From the NCBI GenBank assembly GCA_965223425.1, contig OZ245003.1, positions 576,001 to 640,000 of the forward strand: a DNA stretch of 64,000 bases. The letters run 5' to 3'. Shown piece by piece: positions 1-9,731 of this stretch; position 1 is the stretch's first letter, and each line of letters opens with the position of its first letter. The notes beneath the pieces were generated by a model. It was given only the letters and a program-made list of their open reading frames with translations. It was not told where the DNA came from and searched no databases. This DNA comes from Nitrosopumilus sp. GTDB taxonomy: Archaea > Thermoproteota > Nitrososphaeria > Nitrososphaerales > Nitrosopumilaceae. The position numbers were made by a program, and so were the translations under genes.

Positions 1-377
1 GATAATGTTTGAAATAAATGCTGTCCTGCAGCTTTTGATGCTGACTCCATTGATGCGATAGTCACTGCAAATGCAAGGGCTCCGCCAATATCTGAATAGT
101 TTGAAGAGTCATCCAAACTCTTTAGAATATCATGTATTCCTTTAAGATCTGAAGATTCTAACCCAATAAATTTTTGAGAGTTTTCTTGCAGAATTCTTAG
201 ACTATCTTCTGGTTTTCCATTAGGAAAACTAACTGCTTCATAATTTCCGACACTAGCACCTGAAGGTGCGCAAGCTCTTCCTAAAAATCCACCATCTGAT
301 TTAACATCTACTTCAATTGTTTTGCTTCCTCTGCTGTTGTATAGAATACGTCCTTCAATCGAGGAAATTTTGGTCAA
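1..377 (-). CDS. eno: Enolase, N-terminal part (runs off the window)
   Basis: Manual translation from TTG at 377 gives MTKISSIEGRILYNSRGSKTIEVDV...RACAPSGASVG, matching the enolase N-terminal SRG and PSGAS motifs. Confidence 0.85.
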   Translation of the reverse strand, partial: MTKISSIEGRILYNSRGSKTIEVDVKSDGGFLGRACAPSGASVGNYEAVSFPNGKPEDSLRILQENSQKFIGLESSDLKGIHDILKSLDDSSNYSDIGGALAFAVTIASMESASKAAGQHLFQTL

Positions 378-378
378 G

Positions 379-615
379 TTACTCTAACTCGGATTGAACT
401 TCCTGTTTTCTTTTCTGAATTGCTTCATAAAATGGAATTACTTGTTGAATTGTTTCGACTGTGGTCAAAAGCATTCTTCTACAACAATATCTTTCAATTC
501 CTAAAGAATCTAGAGCTTTTGCAGGATCTTCGCCAGACTTTACCTTATTTTGATAATCATCATATTTGTCGGCAATTAAATTTCCACACGTAAAACATCT
601 GACAGGAATTAACAT
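379..615 (-). CDS. rpoN: DNA-directed RNA polymerase subunit N (Rpo10)
   Basis: MLIPVRCFTCG...RYCCRRMLL signature; start moved to ATG at 615. Confidence 0.97.
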   Translation of the reverse strand: MLIPVRCFTCGNLIADKYDDYQNKVKSGEDPAKALDSLGIERYCCRRMLLTTVETIQQVIPFYEAIQKRKQEVQSELE

Positions 616-667
616 ACGAACGAAAAAGTAATCAAGGATTATAAAAACCATACAAGAAAATTTCCTT

Positions 668-752
668 GCGGGCGTCGCCCAGCCTGGCCAAAGGCGCTAG
701 CTTGAGGGGCTAGTCTCTCAGGAGTTCGTGGGTTCAAATCCCATCGCCCGCA
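668..752 (+). tRNA. tRNA-Leu(GAG)
   Basis: Acceptor stem GCGGGCG/CGCCCGC-A, anticodon arm CTAGC-TTGAGGG-GCTAG, long variable arm, GGTTCAAATCC T-loop. Confidence 0.95.
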
Positions 753-767
753 TACAAATTTTGAAAG

Positions 768-1382
768 TTATTTCTCTAGTTTTCGTAAAGTTTTGATTAA
801 TTCAGTTCTTCTTTTCTCTTCGGTAATTGCAGATCTCACATCATCCACAAGAATTCTATTTACATCAATTTTTCTTCGAGCCTCTTTTACAACTTTATCA
901 TACACTGAAAAAGTGTAAAGCTGGAGATACAAATTTTCCATAACTTCAAAAACTCTTGTGGCCTCGTCAATTTCACCAATTCTAATTTTATCAAATACCA
1001 TTCTTTTCAATTCGCCCACACAATCCAGCAACCCTAAAACATAAGATTCTGGCATTACTGATAATTTTTTATCTGAGGGGATTTCTTTTTTTTCAACAAC
1101 CGCAATTAGACATGCAGCTTCTACAAATTCTTGTTCTGGCGTAATCAGGTATCTTCCAAGTTCTCCAGTTGCCTTTGTCTTGTATTTCTTCAGAGATTTC
1201 TCTGCCTGACTCAGATTCTTTTTCCCAGTCTTTAGATCTCCTTTATGGACTGCGATGATTGATCTGCTGCAAAGAATGATTATTTCTCTTGTATTTTTTA
1301 GTAGAAACTCTCTTGCATCCTGGATGTTACCTAGAGATTTTGCAATTTTATTTAATGATGGTTTTACGTTCTTTAACGTCAT
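768..1382 (-). CDS. Translin-family RNA-binding protein
   Basis: QEFVEA and YVLGLLDCVGELKR motifs typical of archaeal translin/TRAX homologues. Confidence 0.8.
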   Translation of the reverse strand: MTLKNVKPSLNKIAKSLGNIQDAREFLLKNTREIIILCSRSIIAVHKGDLKTGKKNLSQAEKSLKKYKTKATGELGRYLITPEQEFVEAACLIAVVEKKEIPSDKKLSVMPESYVLGLLDCVGELKRMVFDKIRIGEIDEATRVFEVMENLYLQLYTFSVYDKVVKEARRKIDVNRILVDDVRSAITEEKRRTELIKTLRKLEK

Positions 1383-1455
1383 GCTTGGTGTTATCTAGAG
1401 ACTAGGATAAAGTCGTTTGCTATATTTTTTATTATATTTTCACGCCTCTGAAATT

Positions 1456-2520
1456 CTATTTAAAAAAGAAATTAAGTATCTTCTTTAATCCTGCCGCTGA
1501 TTTACCATTTACGTCTATAGTATGTGTAGGTTTTTCAACAAAAATTCCTTGTGGACGATACAATAGTATTGCCAGTAAGATTACTCCTAACAACAAAAAG
1601 TCAAGCCATACAACATCGAATGGGACAAATCCCTCAAACGAATCTTTGAAAAATATGATAAACTTTCGTAATGTCACAAAAACTAATGTTCCAATTATTA
1701 CTCCTTTGTTGTTTGCAAGTCCTCCAATGAGAATCATAAGGAATGGCCAAAATGTCCAACTTGCTCTATCGTATGCAAATGCAATGGTACCACCAACATA
1801 AAATGCGTATAATGCACCACCAATTGCTGCCAGTGCAGCTGAAACAATTATTATTTTAATTCTAATTTGTGTAGCGTTTTTCCCAAGAGCTTCAACTGCT
1901 ACTTCATTGTCACGAACAGCTCGAAGCATTCTTCCAAGTGGGGAACGAATCATTTTTTCACTAAACACAAAAACAACAATTGCAATTAGCACTAATCCTA
2001 GCGTAGCTACAGGAAAACGCATCTCATCAGGTAAAAATGATAATGGATCCGGCACCTGAACTCCAAGCGTCCCCCCAACTAACGGAGTAAAATTATTTCC
2101 AATAATTCTAATACTTTCACCAAAAGCTAGCAGCGTGATTGCCAAATAATCCCCGCGCAATCTAATTGCAGGATATGATGTGAGTAATCCTACTCCTCCG
2201 CCTACTCCTGCAGCAATGCCTAATGTCAAAAAGAAAACAACAAAACCAATGCCCGTGTTGTCAACTAACCACAGATTGATCTCAGAAACTATTGCCAAAT
2301 TATTTGTGATATAGTCCCCTTCAATTCCTGCCATGTTTGCAAAAATTCTTCCAGGAATTGATGCAGCTACAAATGCACCCGCCCCCACTGCTAATACCTT
2401 ACCAAAGTTTGGAATTCCGGTATACCCAAATTCCATATTCAAACTAAGATTGACAATAACATAGATTGCAAATATTGCAAGAAGATCTACGATGAAAATT
2501 GTTTCAGCTTCTAGAACCAT
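1456..2520 (-). CDS. livM: Branched-chain amino acid ABC transporter permease (LivM-like)
   Basis: SLNMEFGYTGIPNFG, RLRGDYLAITLLAFGE and LGRMLRAVRDNE motifs; hydrophobic. Confidence 0.88.
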   Translation of the reverse strand: MVLEAETIFIVDLLAIFAIYVIVNLSLNMEFGYTGIPNFGKVLAVGAGAFVAASIPGRIFANMAGIEGDYITNNLAIVSEINLWLVDNTGIGFVVFFLTLGIAAGVGGGVGLLTSYPAIRLRGDYLAITLLAFGESIRIIGNNFTPLVGGTLGVQVPDPLSFLPDEMRFPVATLGLVLIAIVVFVFSEKMIRSPLGRMLRAVRDNEVAVEALGKNATQIRIKIIIVSAALAAIGGALYAFYVGGTIAFAYDRASWTFWPFLMILIGGLANNKGVIIGTLVFVTLRKFIIFFKDSFEGFVPFDVVWLDFLLLGVILLAILLYRPQGIFVEKPTHTIDVNGKSAAGLKKILNFFFK

Positions 2521-3430
2521 TTCTCCTCAACTTTGACCAATTAATTCCTGCAAGTCCTCGTGGTGCTAAGAATAAAGTCACAACAATGAATATCAGCGGA
2601 ATGAGTGGACGATATGCAATCAGCCAAGAACCAATTTCTCCAGCTAAAAATCTTGTTCCTAAAACTTCGGTTAATCCTACAAGTATGCCGCCAGCTATTG
2701 CACCATAAATGCTCAGAAAACCTCCTGCTATACTTGCAGCAAATATGCTAGGTATTAACTGCGGTCCAAGGTTGGGATCTCCTTGAAACCACAATGACAT
2801 CAACGCTCCTGCTACTCCTGCAAATCCGCCGCCCATTAACCAAGAGACACCGTAAACTAGTTTGACGTTAATCCCAACTGTTCCTGCAAGATCTGAATTT
2901 TCAGTTGCCGCCCTCATTGCAATGCCAAATTTAGTTTTCTTCAGCATTATGTGCAATGTAATTGCCAAAATAGCAATAGTAATTGGTGCTATGAAAACTA
3001 TCAGGGGAAGCCCCATAAATTCTGCATCATAACTGCGTAACGTAAATTCTCTAGATGTAACCTGGAATGTCTTTACAATATAATCTGCGAAGATGTTTAG
3101 CATTGCAATCATTATCAAATCAAATGCTAATGTGGCAATCATCTGAATTGCCTGCGATGCTCCTTTTCGAATCAATGGTTTTAAAATAAAGGTGTATAGT
3201 ACAACAGCTATTATCCCCGATATTACAAATGCAATTGGAATTGCGATATATGGAGTAGTATCCCAAACTCTTGTTGCAACCAGTGCAATGTATACGCCAA
3301 TTGTTGCAAATGAGGCATGTGCAAAATTTGGAACTCTAGTTGTAAGATATGTAAGTGTCAGACCAATACTCAGAAGAGCCAAAAGACTAGCAAAAATTAT
3401 TGCGTCAGAAAATATGGGGTCAAATGCCAA
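2504..3430 (-). CDS. livH: Branched-chain amino acid ABC transporter permease (LivH-like)
   Basis: GLTLTY...NFAH, KFGIAMRA and RPxGLxG-like motifs; probable start is TTG at 3430 because the longer ORF overlaps livG. Confidence 0.88.
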   Translation of the reverse strand: MAFDPIFSDAIIFASLLALLSIGLTLTYLTTRVPNFAHASFATIGVYIALVATRVWDTTPYIAIPIAFVISGIIAVVLYTFILKPLIRKGASQAIQMIATLAFDLIMIAMLNIFADYIVKTFQVTSREFTLRSYDAEFMGLPLIVFIAPITIAILAITLHIMLKKTKFGIAMRAATENSDLAGTVGINVKLVYGVSWLMGGGFAGVAGALMSLWFQGDPNLGPQLIPSIFAASIAGGFLSIYGAIAGGILVGLTEVLGTRFLAGEIGSWLIAYRPLIPLIFIVVTLFLAPRGLAGINWSKLRRNGSRS

Positions 3431-3483
3431 ACTATCCCTTTCATATGGAAAACCCTTAATGTCTTTATACCTCTGTAGTTTTG

Positions 3484-4239
3484 ATGGCATTTTTATCAAT
3501 TTCTGGTATTCGAAAGCACTTTGGTGGAATGACAGTTCTTGATGGAATTGATATGGAATTAGAAGCAGGCAAATTGTATCAACTAATTGGCCCAAACGGT
3601 AGTGGAAAAACCACTCTCATCAATGTAGTGTCCGGTCTTTTAAAACCGGATGATGGGACAATCATTTTTGATGGAAATGATATTACTCAAAAAAGACTCT
3701 TTGAAACTTACAAGACCGGTCTAGTTAGAACTTGGCAAATACCACAACCATTTGTTAGTCTTACAACTATGGAAAACTTTTTGATTTCAAGCAATAAAAA
3801 TTCTGGAGAATCATTCCTAATGGCTCCCTTCAAGTCAAAATGGAAAAATGATGAGAAAGAAATCACCGATAATGCTGTTGAGATTATGGAGATGGTAAGT
3901 CTCATAGAAAAAAATAACACTCTTAGTCAGAATCTTAGTGGTGGACAGCAAAAACTTCTCGAATTAGGTCGTGCAATGATGTCTGGCGCTAAGATGATTA
4001 TGATGGATGAGCCCATTGCAGGTGTGAATCCAACTTTAGCACATGAAATATTTGATAAAATTTCAAAACTTTGCAAGAAACAGAAACTAACATTTTTGAT
4101 TATAGAACATCGGTTAGATATTGCATTGCAATATGCAAATCATGTGTTTGCAATGGACAAGGGAGTAATAATTGCAGAAGGAAATTCTGATGAAGTAATA
4201 AAACACCCAAAAGTTGTGGAATCATACCTGGGAGGATAA
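3484..4239 (+). CDS. livG: Branched-chain amino acid ABC transporter ATP-binding protein (LivG-like)
   Basis: Walker A GPNGSGKTT, LSGGQ signature, DEPIAG, IEH. Confidence 0.9.
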   Translation: MAFLSISGIRKHFGGMTVLDGIDMELEAGKLYQLIGPNGSGKTTLINVVSGLLKPDDGTIIFDGNDITQKRLFETYKTGLVRTWQIPQPFVSLTTMENFLISSNKNSGESFLMAPFKSKWKNDEKEITDNAVEIMEMVSLIEKNNTLSQNLSGGQQKLLELGRAMMSGAKMIMMDEPIAGVNPTLAHEIFDKISKLCKKQKLTFLIIEHRLDIALQYANHVFAMDKGVIIAEGNSDEVIKHPKVVESYLGG

Positions 4240-4971
4240 ATGTCACAAAAAACTATTGAATCAATCATTCATGTGGATGCCTTGGATTCCGGATATGTAA
4301 ATAGCCATATTCTTTTTGGAGTGGATTTTGAAGCAAGAGAAAAAGAGATTACTGTAGTGGTTGGTCCAAATGGAAGCGGAAAAAGTACCTTGCTCAAAAG
4401 TATCTTTGGTTTGTGTGCAATCTATTCTGGAGAAATTAGTTTTCACGGTCAAACTATAACCGGGCTTGCACCACATGAAGTGGCAAGAAAAAAAATTGCA
4501 TATTTGCCTCAAGTAGACAACGTGTTTTCCAATCTAACCATTAGAGAGAATCTGATCATGGCAAGTTATACTCTTGATTCAAAGACTATTTCCCAGCGAT
4601 TATCTGAAATATTTGAGACATTTTCAATACTAAAAAAATATGAAAAATCAAAAGCAAATACTCTTAGTGGCGGTGAACGCCAAATGCTTGCAATGGCTAT
4701 GGCGCTAATTAGGCAACCAAAAGTTATGCTGTTTGATGAACCCACAGCAAGCCTTTCACCAAAACTAGCTAATGAAGTACTATCAAAAATTAAACAGATG
4801 CGTGATGATTTTGGAATTACAATAATTTTAGTTGAACAAAACGTAAAACGTGCGCTTAAGCTAGGTGATTACGTGTATCTTTTGGCAAACGGTAAAAGAG
4901 TTTTCAAAGGAAAACCTGAAGAGTTGCTGTCACATCCAGATCTAAGCAAACTATACTTGGGAATTAATTAA
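4240..4971 (+). CDS. livF: Branched-chain amino acid ABC transporter ATP-binding protein (LivF-like)
   Basis: GPNGSGKST, LSGGERQMLA, DEPTASL, LVEQN. Confidence 0.9.
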   Translation: MSQKTIESIIHVDALDSGYVNSHILFGVDFEAREKEITVVVGPNGSGKSTLLKSIFGLCAIYSGEISFHGQTITGLAPHEVARKKIAYLPQVDNVFSNLTIRENLIMASYTLDSKTISQRLSEIFETFSILKKYEKSKANTLSGGERQMLAMAMALIRQPKVMLFDEPTASLSPKLANEVLSKIKQMRDDFGITIILVEQNVKRALKLGDYVYLLANGKRVFKGKPEELLSHPDLSKLYLGIN

Positions 4972-4983
4972 TTAATCATTTAA

Positions 4984-5150
4984 TTATTTTTTACAACCAA
5001 TTCCGTCTTTACCTCTATCAAACCCATGAGGTAATGCAACATGGGTTTTTGTATCTGAAATTCTCTTGAACCCACCGTATCCTGTCGTGTTGCCTCTTTT
5101 TTTATTGAGAATTGATGATGAACCAGCTGTGTTTTTTGTAGATAGAGTAC
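4984..5150 (-). pseudogene. Degenerate gene remnant ending in an Excalibur-like Ca-binding motif
   Basis: C-terminus PHGFDRGKDGIGCKK resembles D-x-D-x-D-G-I-G-C; the 5' part is disrupted by a MITE and an IS. Confidence 0.35.
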
Positions 5151-5158
5151 GAGTTGTG

Positions 5159-5258
5159 GTAACAGTTCGGATTTGTGGAGTCGGGTGTGTAAAATACGTC
5201 AGAATTACGGATTTTACGATCAATTCAGGCACAACGCTTCATAAATCCGAACTGTTAC
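5159..5258. mobile_element. 100-bp MITE with IS66-type ends
   Basis: TIR GTAACAGTTCGGATTT / AAATCCGAACTGTTAC and perfect 8-bp TSD GAGTTGTG (5151-5158, 5259-5266). Confidence 0.9.
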
Positions 5259-5322
5259 GAGTTGTGTGTTAGTTTAGTGATATCAGTAGTTGGGATTGTA
5301 CCGTTCCAAAACAGCCCACAAA

Positions 5323-6591
5323 TCACCCGTAGTAAGCACATAAATTTTTGGAACATTTAGCATGAATTTCATTCGTAAAAAACCAGATTTTCATTCCAAA
5401 ATTTTGTGTGTGAACTACGGTAGGCGGCGGCCACCTGGCATACACACATGCTGCAAACACGCGGATCATCCTGTTTAAAACTCCGGCAAGCGTCACATGA
5501 TAGCCTTTTCTGCCCGCCGTGCGACGCAGGCCTATCCAGATGTTGTTTAGCACCAGTGACAAAACAAACAAAAGCATCCGTACGGAGGGGTTCCTGCTGG
5601 CAGTGCGCGGGCGTATGCTCTTTGCAGACCTGTACCCCGTTTCAATTCCCCACCGTTTTTTGTACTGCTCTGGGATGTACTTGACAACGTCCCTTTCATT
5701 CTCGCATGGCAGCGACGTTGCAAATGCGCGATACCTGTCAAACATGGTGCCGTCTTTTTTCCTGGCGTCATCCCTGATCAGAACCAGGTTGAACGTGAAC
5801 TTTTCGGAGCCTGATTTTATGGTGTACCTAGAGACATCACCGCGCTTTCCTTGGGCGTGCTGTACAATGGCGCGCTTGATGCCGGCATTCTTTTTTGCCG
5901 GCATGATAAAATGCCTGTGAAGCGATCTGACAGTCCGCATCACGTCTGTTGCGTAAAACTCCCTGTCAAGAAGGTAAAGATTGATTCCAAGGTGCAGCTT
6001 GGAGCACTTTTTGATGGTTTTACGCACGAACTCGCCGTTGGATGTACCCCGGGTGACCGGACTGAAGCACAGGTTGGCCTCCTTGCCGCCCTGCACTATC
6101 TTGGATGTCATGTATGACTCAAACCTGTACGTTCCTGACTCGTATTTTGACTGTATGAGGTGTTTGAGGTCGGGGTTTTTGTCATGGTGCGGAATCTTGT
6201 GCTTGTCTATTGCAGCCACTGCCGTTTCGTTGCTGATGCGTCGCCTCATGCTGCGGCATGCCGTGTTGACCGTATCATGCATCATCTGGTCGCAGAAGCG
6301 GTTCATCTTGTCCTGCTTTATGATGCGCAGCTTTTTGAGCAGCCAGCTGCCCGACGGCATGCGGATGCCGGGAGAGCCGAGATCGCGTGCGCCGTTGGCG
6401 TATCCGTTGGAGCTGGCCATGACCAGAAGCATGTGCGCTGCATCCCTGAGGCTGTACAGCGTGTTGTGTCTTGTGCCAAAGGCAAGGTTCAGGTGTTGCA
6501 GTGCGGACTGGAAGATTTTAAATCCCTTGATGTCTTGATTCTGTTGGTGTGTTTGCCCATCTTTTTCGTACATGTTAAGGTGGGTGAGCAT
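5323..6591 (-). CDS. DDE transposase (ISH3/IS4-like)
   Basis: AAIDKH, LLDREFY and YKKRWGIETGYR (YREK-type) motifs. Confidence 0.9.
   Translation of the reverse strand: MLTHLNMYEKDGQTHQQNQDIKGFKIFQSALQHLNLAFGTRHNTLYSLRDAAHMLLVMASSNGYANGARDLGSPGIRMPSGSWLLKKLRIIKQDKMNRFCDQMMHDTVNTACRSMRRRISNETAVAAIDKHKIPHHDKNPDLKHLIQSKYESGTYRFESYMTSKIVQGGKEANLCFSPVTRGTSNGEFVRKTIKKCSKLHLGINLYLLDREFYATDVMRTVRSLHRHFIMPAKKNAGIKRAIVQHAQGKRGDVSRYTIKSGSEKFTFNLVLIRDDARKKDGTMFDRYRAFATSLPCENERDVVKYIPEQYKKRWGIETGYRSAKSIRPRTASRNPSVRMLLFVLSLVLNNIWIGLRRTAGRKGYHVTLAGVLNRMIRVFAACVYARWPPPTVVHTQNFGMKIWFFTNEIHAKCSKNLCAYYG
5330..5417. mobile_element. 88-bp MITE with ends like those of the IS630 element, inserted in the transposase 3' end
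   Basis: Absent from IS copy 2; imperfect IR TAGTAAGCACATAAATTTTTGGAA / TTCCAAAATTTTGTGTGTGAACTA; flanked by CG on both sides. Confidence 0.85.
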
Positions 6592-6798
6592 GCCTTGTAT
6601 TTGGATCTGGTTGATCGTGTTTTGTTCTCAAAATGATCAGTTTGGGCTATCCAAAATGTACAATCCCAACTACTGGTATAAGCATCAGCCTTTGATTATA
6701 AGTAATTGTATTTAAAATCTTCAATTGCAAGCTTTTGTTTGGTTTGTGGGATCAAGCTGACTTTGTTGACAAAGCGATCCAAGACTTCATGGAACCGG

Positions 6799-8391
6799 TT
6801 AGCCATACCTGCCATGTATTTTGTTATGACAAACTTCAAATTTTCCAAGTATCTCGTTTACATAAATCACTTTTTCATGATTTGCTCCCGGACTGGTTAA
6901 CTCATTTACGTACGCATCATATGATTTACTTCCAAATTCACTGACACCTATACCGTATTTGTTCTGTAAATCTGCTTCAACTCCAAGAAACACCACTTGA
7001 TAATTAAAGTAAGACGATCTATCGTTCACTTGTCGACACGCTAAAATTAATGTCTCATAGACAGAAATCATATCAGGATATATTTTTCGAAAACTATAGG
7101 TGTTTTCTGGAATGTTTTGTACAATGGATATGGAATCATCGCTCTGGGTATATTTTCCTAATAACACCCATTCTCCGCCTCTAATTCCCCATACCTCATA
7201 ATCTGCCTGAGCCAGGTCTCCTGCTTCATTTAGTTTTGTTGGACCAATTGAACCGCTATAATTTTCAGCAATCTCTGGAATTTTTGCTTTAATTACACTC
7301 ACATCAGTACTTTGAGTTTCAAGTATTGCAAGTCCTATAATCCAGACTGCATCATATGAGGAATGAACAAATGTGTTAGGTGCTGTACCAAGAGTTTCGG
7401 TTAGATGCGCTTGCACTTTATCATATGTTGGATTTTTAGATGCTGCAAATTGAACTGTCGTAAATTGTACATTAGTTGAAAATTCAAACCCAATTGGATC
7501 ATCTATTAGTTTGTGCTCTTTGGTATTTGCCCCTGGCCCAAACCATCTGACATCATCTAAAACATCGTGCTCAGATGCAGATTGTGTAAACTGTAAAATT
7601 TCTGCAAATCCCAAAAACAATACGGCAACTTTCTCTGAGCCATACTCGGCAACATATCCCTGAACTTTCTCAGCTAATAGGGAGGTTGATGCTGAAAATT
7701 CTGGGGATTCGGGATTATAACGGATTCCCTCGTCTGCCTGACCCCCTCTTTCTGTAAATGAATTAGTTGTGGCCTCTTTTAGCCCATCACCCCATGTGTC
7801 TCCTCTCCAAACAGGAACTAGCACTTCAATTTCTTCATGTTGAAGCAGTGCTCCAAGTGCGGTTCCTTGATTAGAGTCATCTGGAACTAGACGAAATACA
7901 CTGTCATTTGGAATAGCTAATGCTGGTGCAGAAGAGCAACAGCTAACAAGCAGCATATTGTTAGAGTCTGAATACCCCTTGATGTTTCTAATGTTGGAAC
8001 TGGTTTCAGGACCGACTACCATTCCAATTCCTTTAGCATTAAGCGCAGTTAGCTTCTCTAGTGCAATAACAGGGTTTGTTGCAGAATCTTCTGAAACCAT
8101 TTTGAGATGCCATGAAGCTCCAATCTCTTCTAGATGTTTGTTAAACTCAACTACTCCCAACTCAGATCCTGCAAGATTTTCTATTCCGTGAGTTGCCAAA
8201 TCCCCTGTAAGTGGAAGAATCAATCCAATTGTTACTTCGCCGGATAATCCTGATGTTTCTTCTACAACCGGTGCTTCTGAAATCTCAGTTGGAACGTTTT
8301 CTACATCGTCATTACTTGATACTCCAAAAGCGACACCAATGGCAATTATAATTACTGCAATACCAATTCCTATCTTTTTCCCAGAGCCCAT
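6799..8391 (-). CDS. ABC transporter substrate-binding protein (LivJ/K-like), membrane-anchored, with extra C-terminal region
   Basis: N-terminal TM anchor, IGLILPLTG, VVGPETS, FRLVPDD, SYDAVW and type I periplasmic-binding fold motifs. Confidence 0.85.
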   Translation of the reverse strand: MGSGKKIGIGIAVIIIAIGVAFGVSSNDDVENVPTEISEAPVVEETSGLSGEVTIGLILPLTGDLATHGIENLAGSELGVVEFNKHLEEIGASWHLKMVSEDSATNPVIALEKLTALNAKGIGMVVGPETSSNIRNIKGYSDSNNMLLVSCCSSAPALAIPNDSVFRLVPDDSNQGTALGALLQHEEIEVLVPVWRGDTWGDGLKEATTNSFTERGGQADEGIRYNPESPEFSASTSLLAEKVQGYVAEYGSEKVAVLFLGFAEILQFTQSASEHDVLDDVRWFGPGANTKEHKLIDDPIGFEFSTNVQFTTVQFAASKNPTYDKVQAHLTETLGTAPNTFVHSSYDAVWIIGLAILETQSTDVSVIKAKIPEIAENYSGSIGPTKLNEAGDLAQADYEVWGIRGGEWVLLGKYTQSDDSISIVQNIPENTYSFRKIYPDMISVYETLILACRQVNDRSSYFNYQVVFLGVEADLQNKYGIGVSEFGSKSYDAYVNELTSPGANHEKVIYVNEILGKFEVCHNKIHGRYG

Positions 8392-8469
8392 TTTCTAATT
8401 ATTTTAGACACAAGTATTTATTAAATTCTTTTCAAAGCCCTTATTTTGGATATGATTTTCACGTAAATT

Positions 8470-9123
8470 ATGGAAATTACAGTTGATCAAATGTACAATA
8501 TTGAAAATAAAGGTCATGATATGGGATTTTTGAAAAAATTTATGATGGAAAATGCAGGAGCTGCTGCCGTAAAACGATTGGTTGAAAAACTTGATAATGT
8601 TGAATCCAAAAATGTTCTGATTTTTGTTGGAATGGGAAACAATGGAGGAGATGGCTTGGTAATGGCAAGACATCTTACAGGTTATGGTGCCAAAGTTACA
8701 GCTATGCTTCTAGGAAGCCCTGAAAATATCAAAACTGAAGAAAGTAATTGGAATTGGTCTATTCTGCAAAAAATGCCATCTGTTACGTTAATGTCAGGGG
8801 ATTCTCTTGATTTTGATTTTGATTTCAAACCTGATGTCATTATTGATGGTATCTTGGGCACTGGTATAACCGGAGAGATTCGTGAGCCGTATGCATCTGC
8901 CATTAATTACATCAACCAGACAGATTGCTACAAGCTTGCAGTAGATGTTCCATCCGGATTAGATCCGCAAACAGGGGAGACTGCAAACATCTTTACAAAA
9001 TGTGACATGACAGTTACATTTCACAAAATGAAACAAGGAATTCCTAAAAGAAAAGATTTGACAGGAGAATTGTTTGTAGAAAAAATTGGAATTCCTCTTG
9101 AAGCTGAGGAGGGTATTTTATGA
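8470..9123 (+). CDS. nnrE: NAD(P)H-hydrate epimerase (YjeF N-domain)
   Basis: MMENAG, GNNGGDG, DGILGTG, AVDVPSG. Confidence 0.92.
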   Translation: MEITVDQMYNIENKGHDMGFLKKFMMENAGAAAVKRLVEKLDNVESKNVLIFVGMGNNGGDGLVMARHLTGYGAKVTAMLLGSPENIKTEESNWNWSILQKMPSVTLMSGDSLDFDFDFKPDVIIDGILGTGITGEIREPYASAINYINQTDCYKLAVDVPSGLDPQTGETANIFTKCDMTVTFHKMKQGIPKRKDLTGELFVEKIGIPLEAEEGIL

Positions 9124-9731
9124 AAGTTCATCAAATTCAAGTTGGCAATATGCAGAACTTTACTTACATTGTTGAAGATGAAGATACCAGTGAAGCAATT
9201 ATCATTGATCCATCATGGGATCTTATGGAATTAGAAATGGTGATAAAAAGAAATGATCTAAAAATAAAATATATTGTAAATACTCATCATCATTTTGATC
9301 ATACTCAAGGAAATGAAGCAATGAAAGAATCAACCAAGGCTCCTATCATTCAACATGAGACATCTGAATTACAACATGACATAGCTGTAAAAGATGGAGA
9401 TTACATCGAATTTGGAAACTCAAAATTAAAAGTCATTCATACTCCTGGACATTCTAAAGATAGCATATGCCTGATAGGTGATGGCAAAATTTTTTCAGGT
9501 GATACCTTGTTTGTAGGAAACTGTGGTAGGGTTGATTTGCCTGGTGGGAGTGCAAAAGAGCTTTATCATAGTCTTTTTGATGTTCTCTATTCTTTAGATG
9601 ATGATTTAGTCATGTATTCGGGCCATAATTATGGTCATTCAGATACGTCCACTATGGGACAGGAGAAAATCACCAATATGGTGATGCAAAAACGAACTGA
9701 ACAGCAGTTTGTTGAAATGATGGGCCAGTGA
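9120..9731 (+). CDS. Metallo-beta-lactamase fold hydrolase (glyoxalase II-like)
   Basis: THHHFDH, HTPGHS, FSGDTLF, GHNY. Confidence 0.9.
   Translation: MKVHQIQVGNMQNFTYIVEDEDTSEAIIIDPSWDLMELEMVIKRNDLKIKYIVNTHHHFDHTQGNEAMKESTKAPIIQHETSELQHDIAVKDGDYIEFGNSKLKVIHTPGHSKDSICLIGDGKIFSGDTLFVGNCGRVDLPGGSAKELYHSLFDVLYSLDDDLVMYSGHNYGHSDTSTMGQEKITNMVMQKRTEQQFVEMMGQ

Larger units (their letters stand above)
5284..6675 (-). mobile_element. ISH3-like insertion sequence, copy 1
   Basis: Perfect 18-bp TIR CAGTAGTTGGGATTGTAC; GC-richer than its flanks; second copy at 49710-51016. Confidence 0.92.

Noticed and set aside
5448-6636. Long antisense and alternate-frame ORFs inside IS elements (also 19136-20076, 49763-50975, 58250-58995)
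   Set aside because: Shadow ORFs expected in GC-rich transposase genes; no recognisable motifs.
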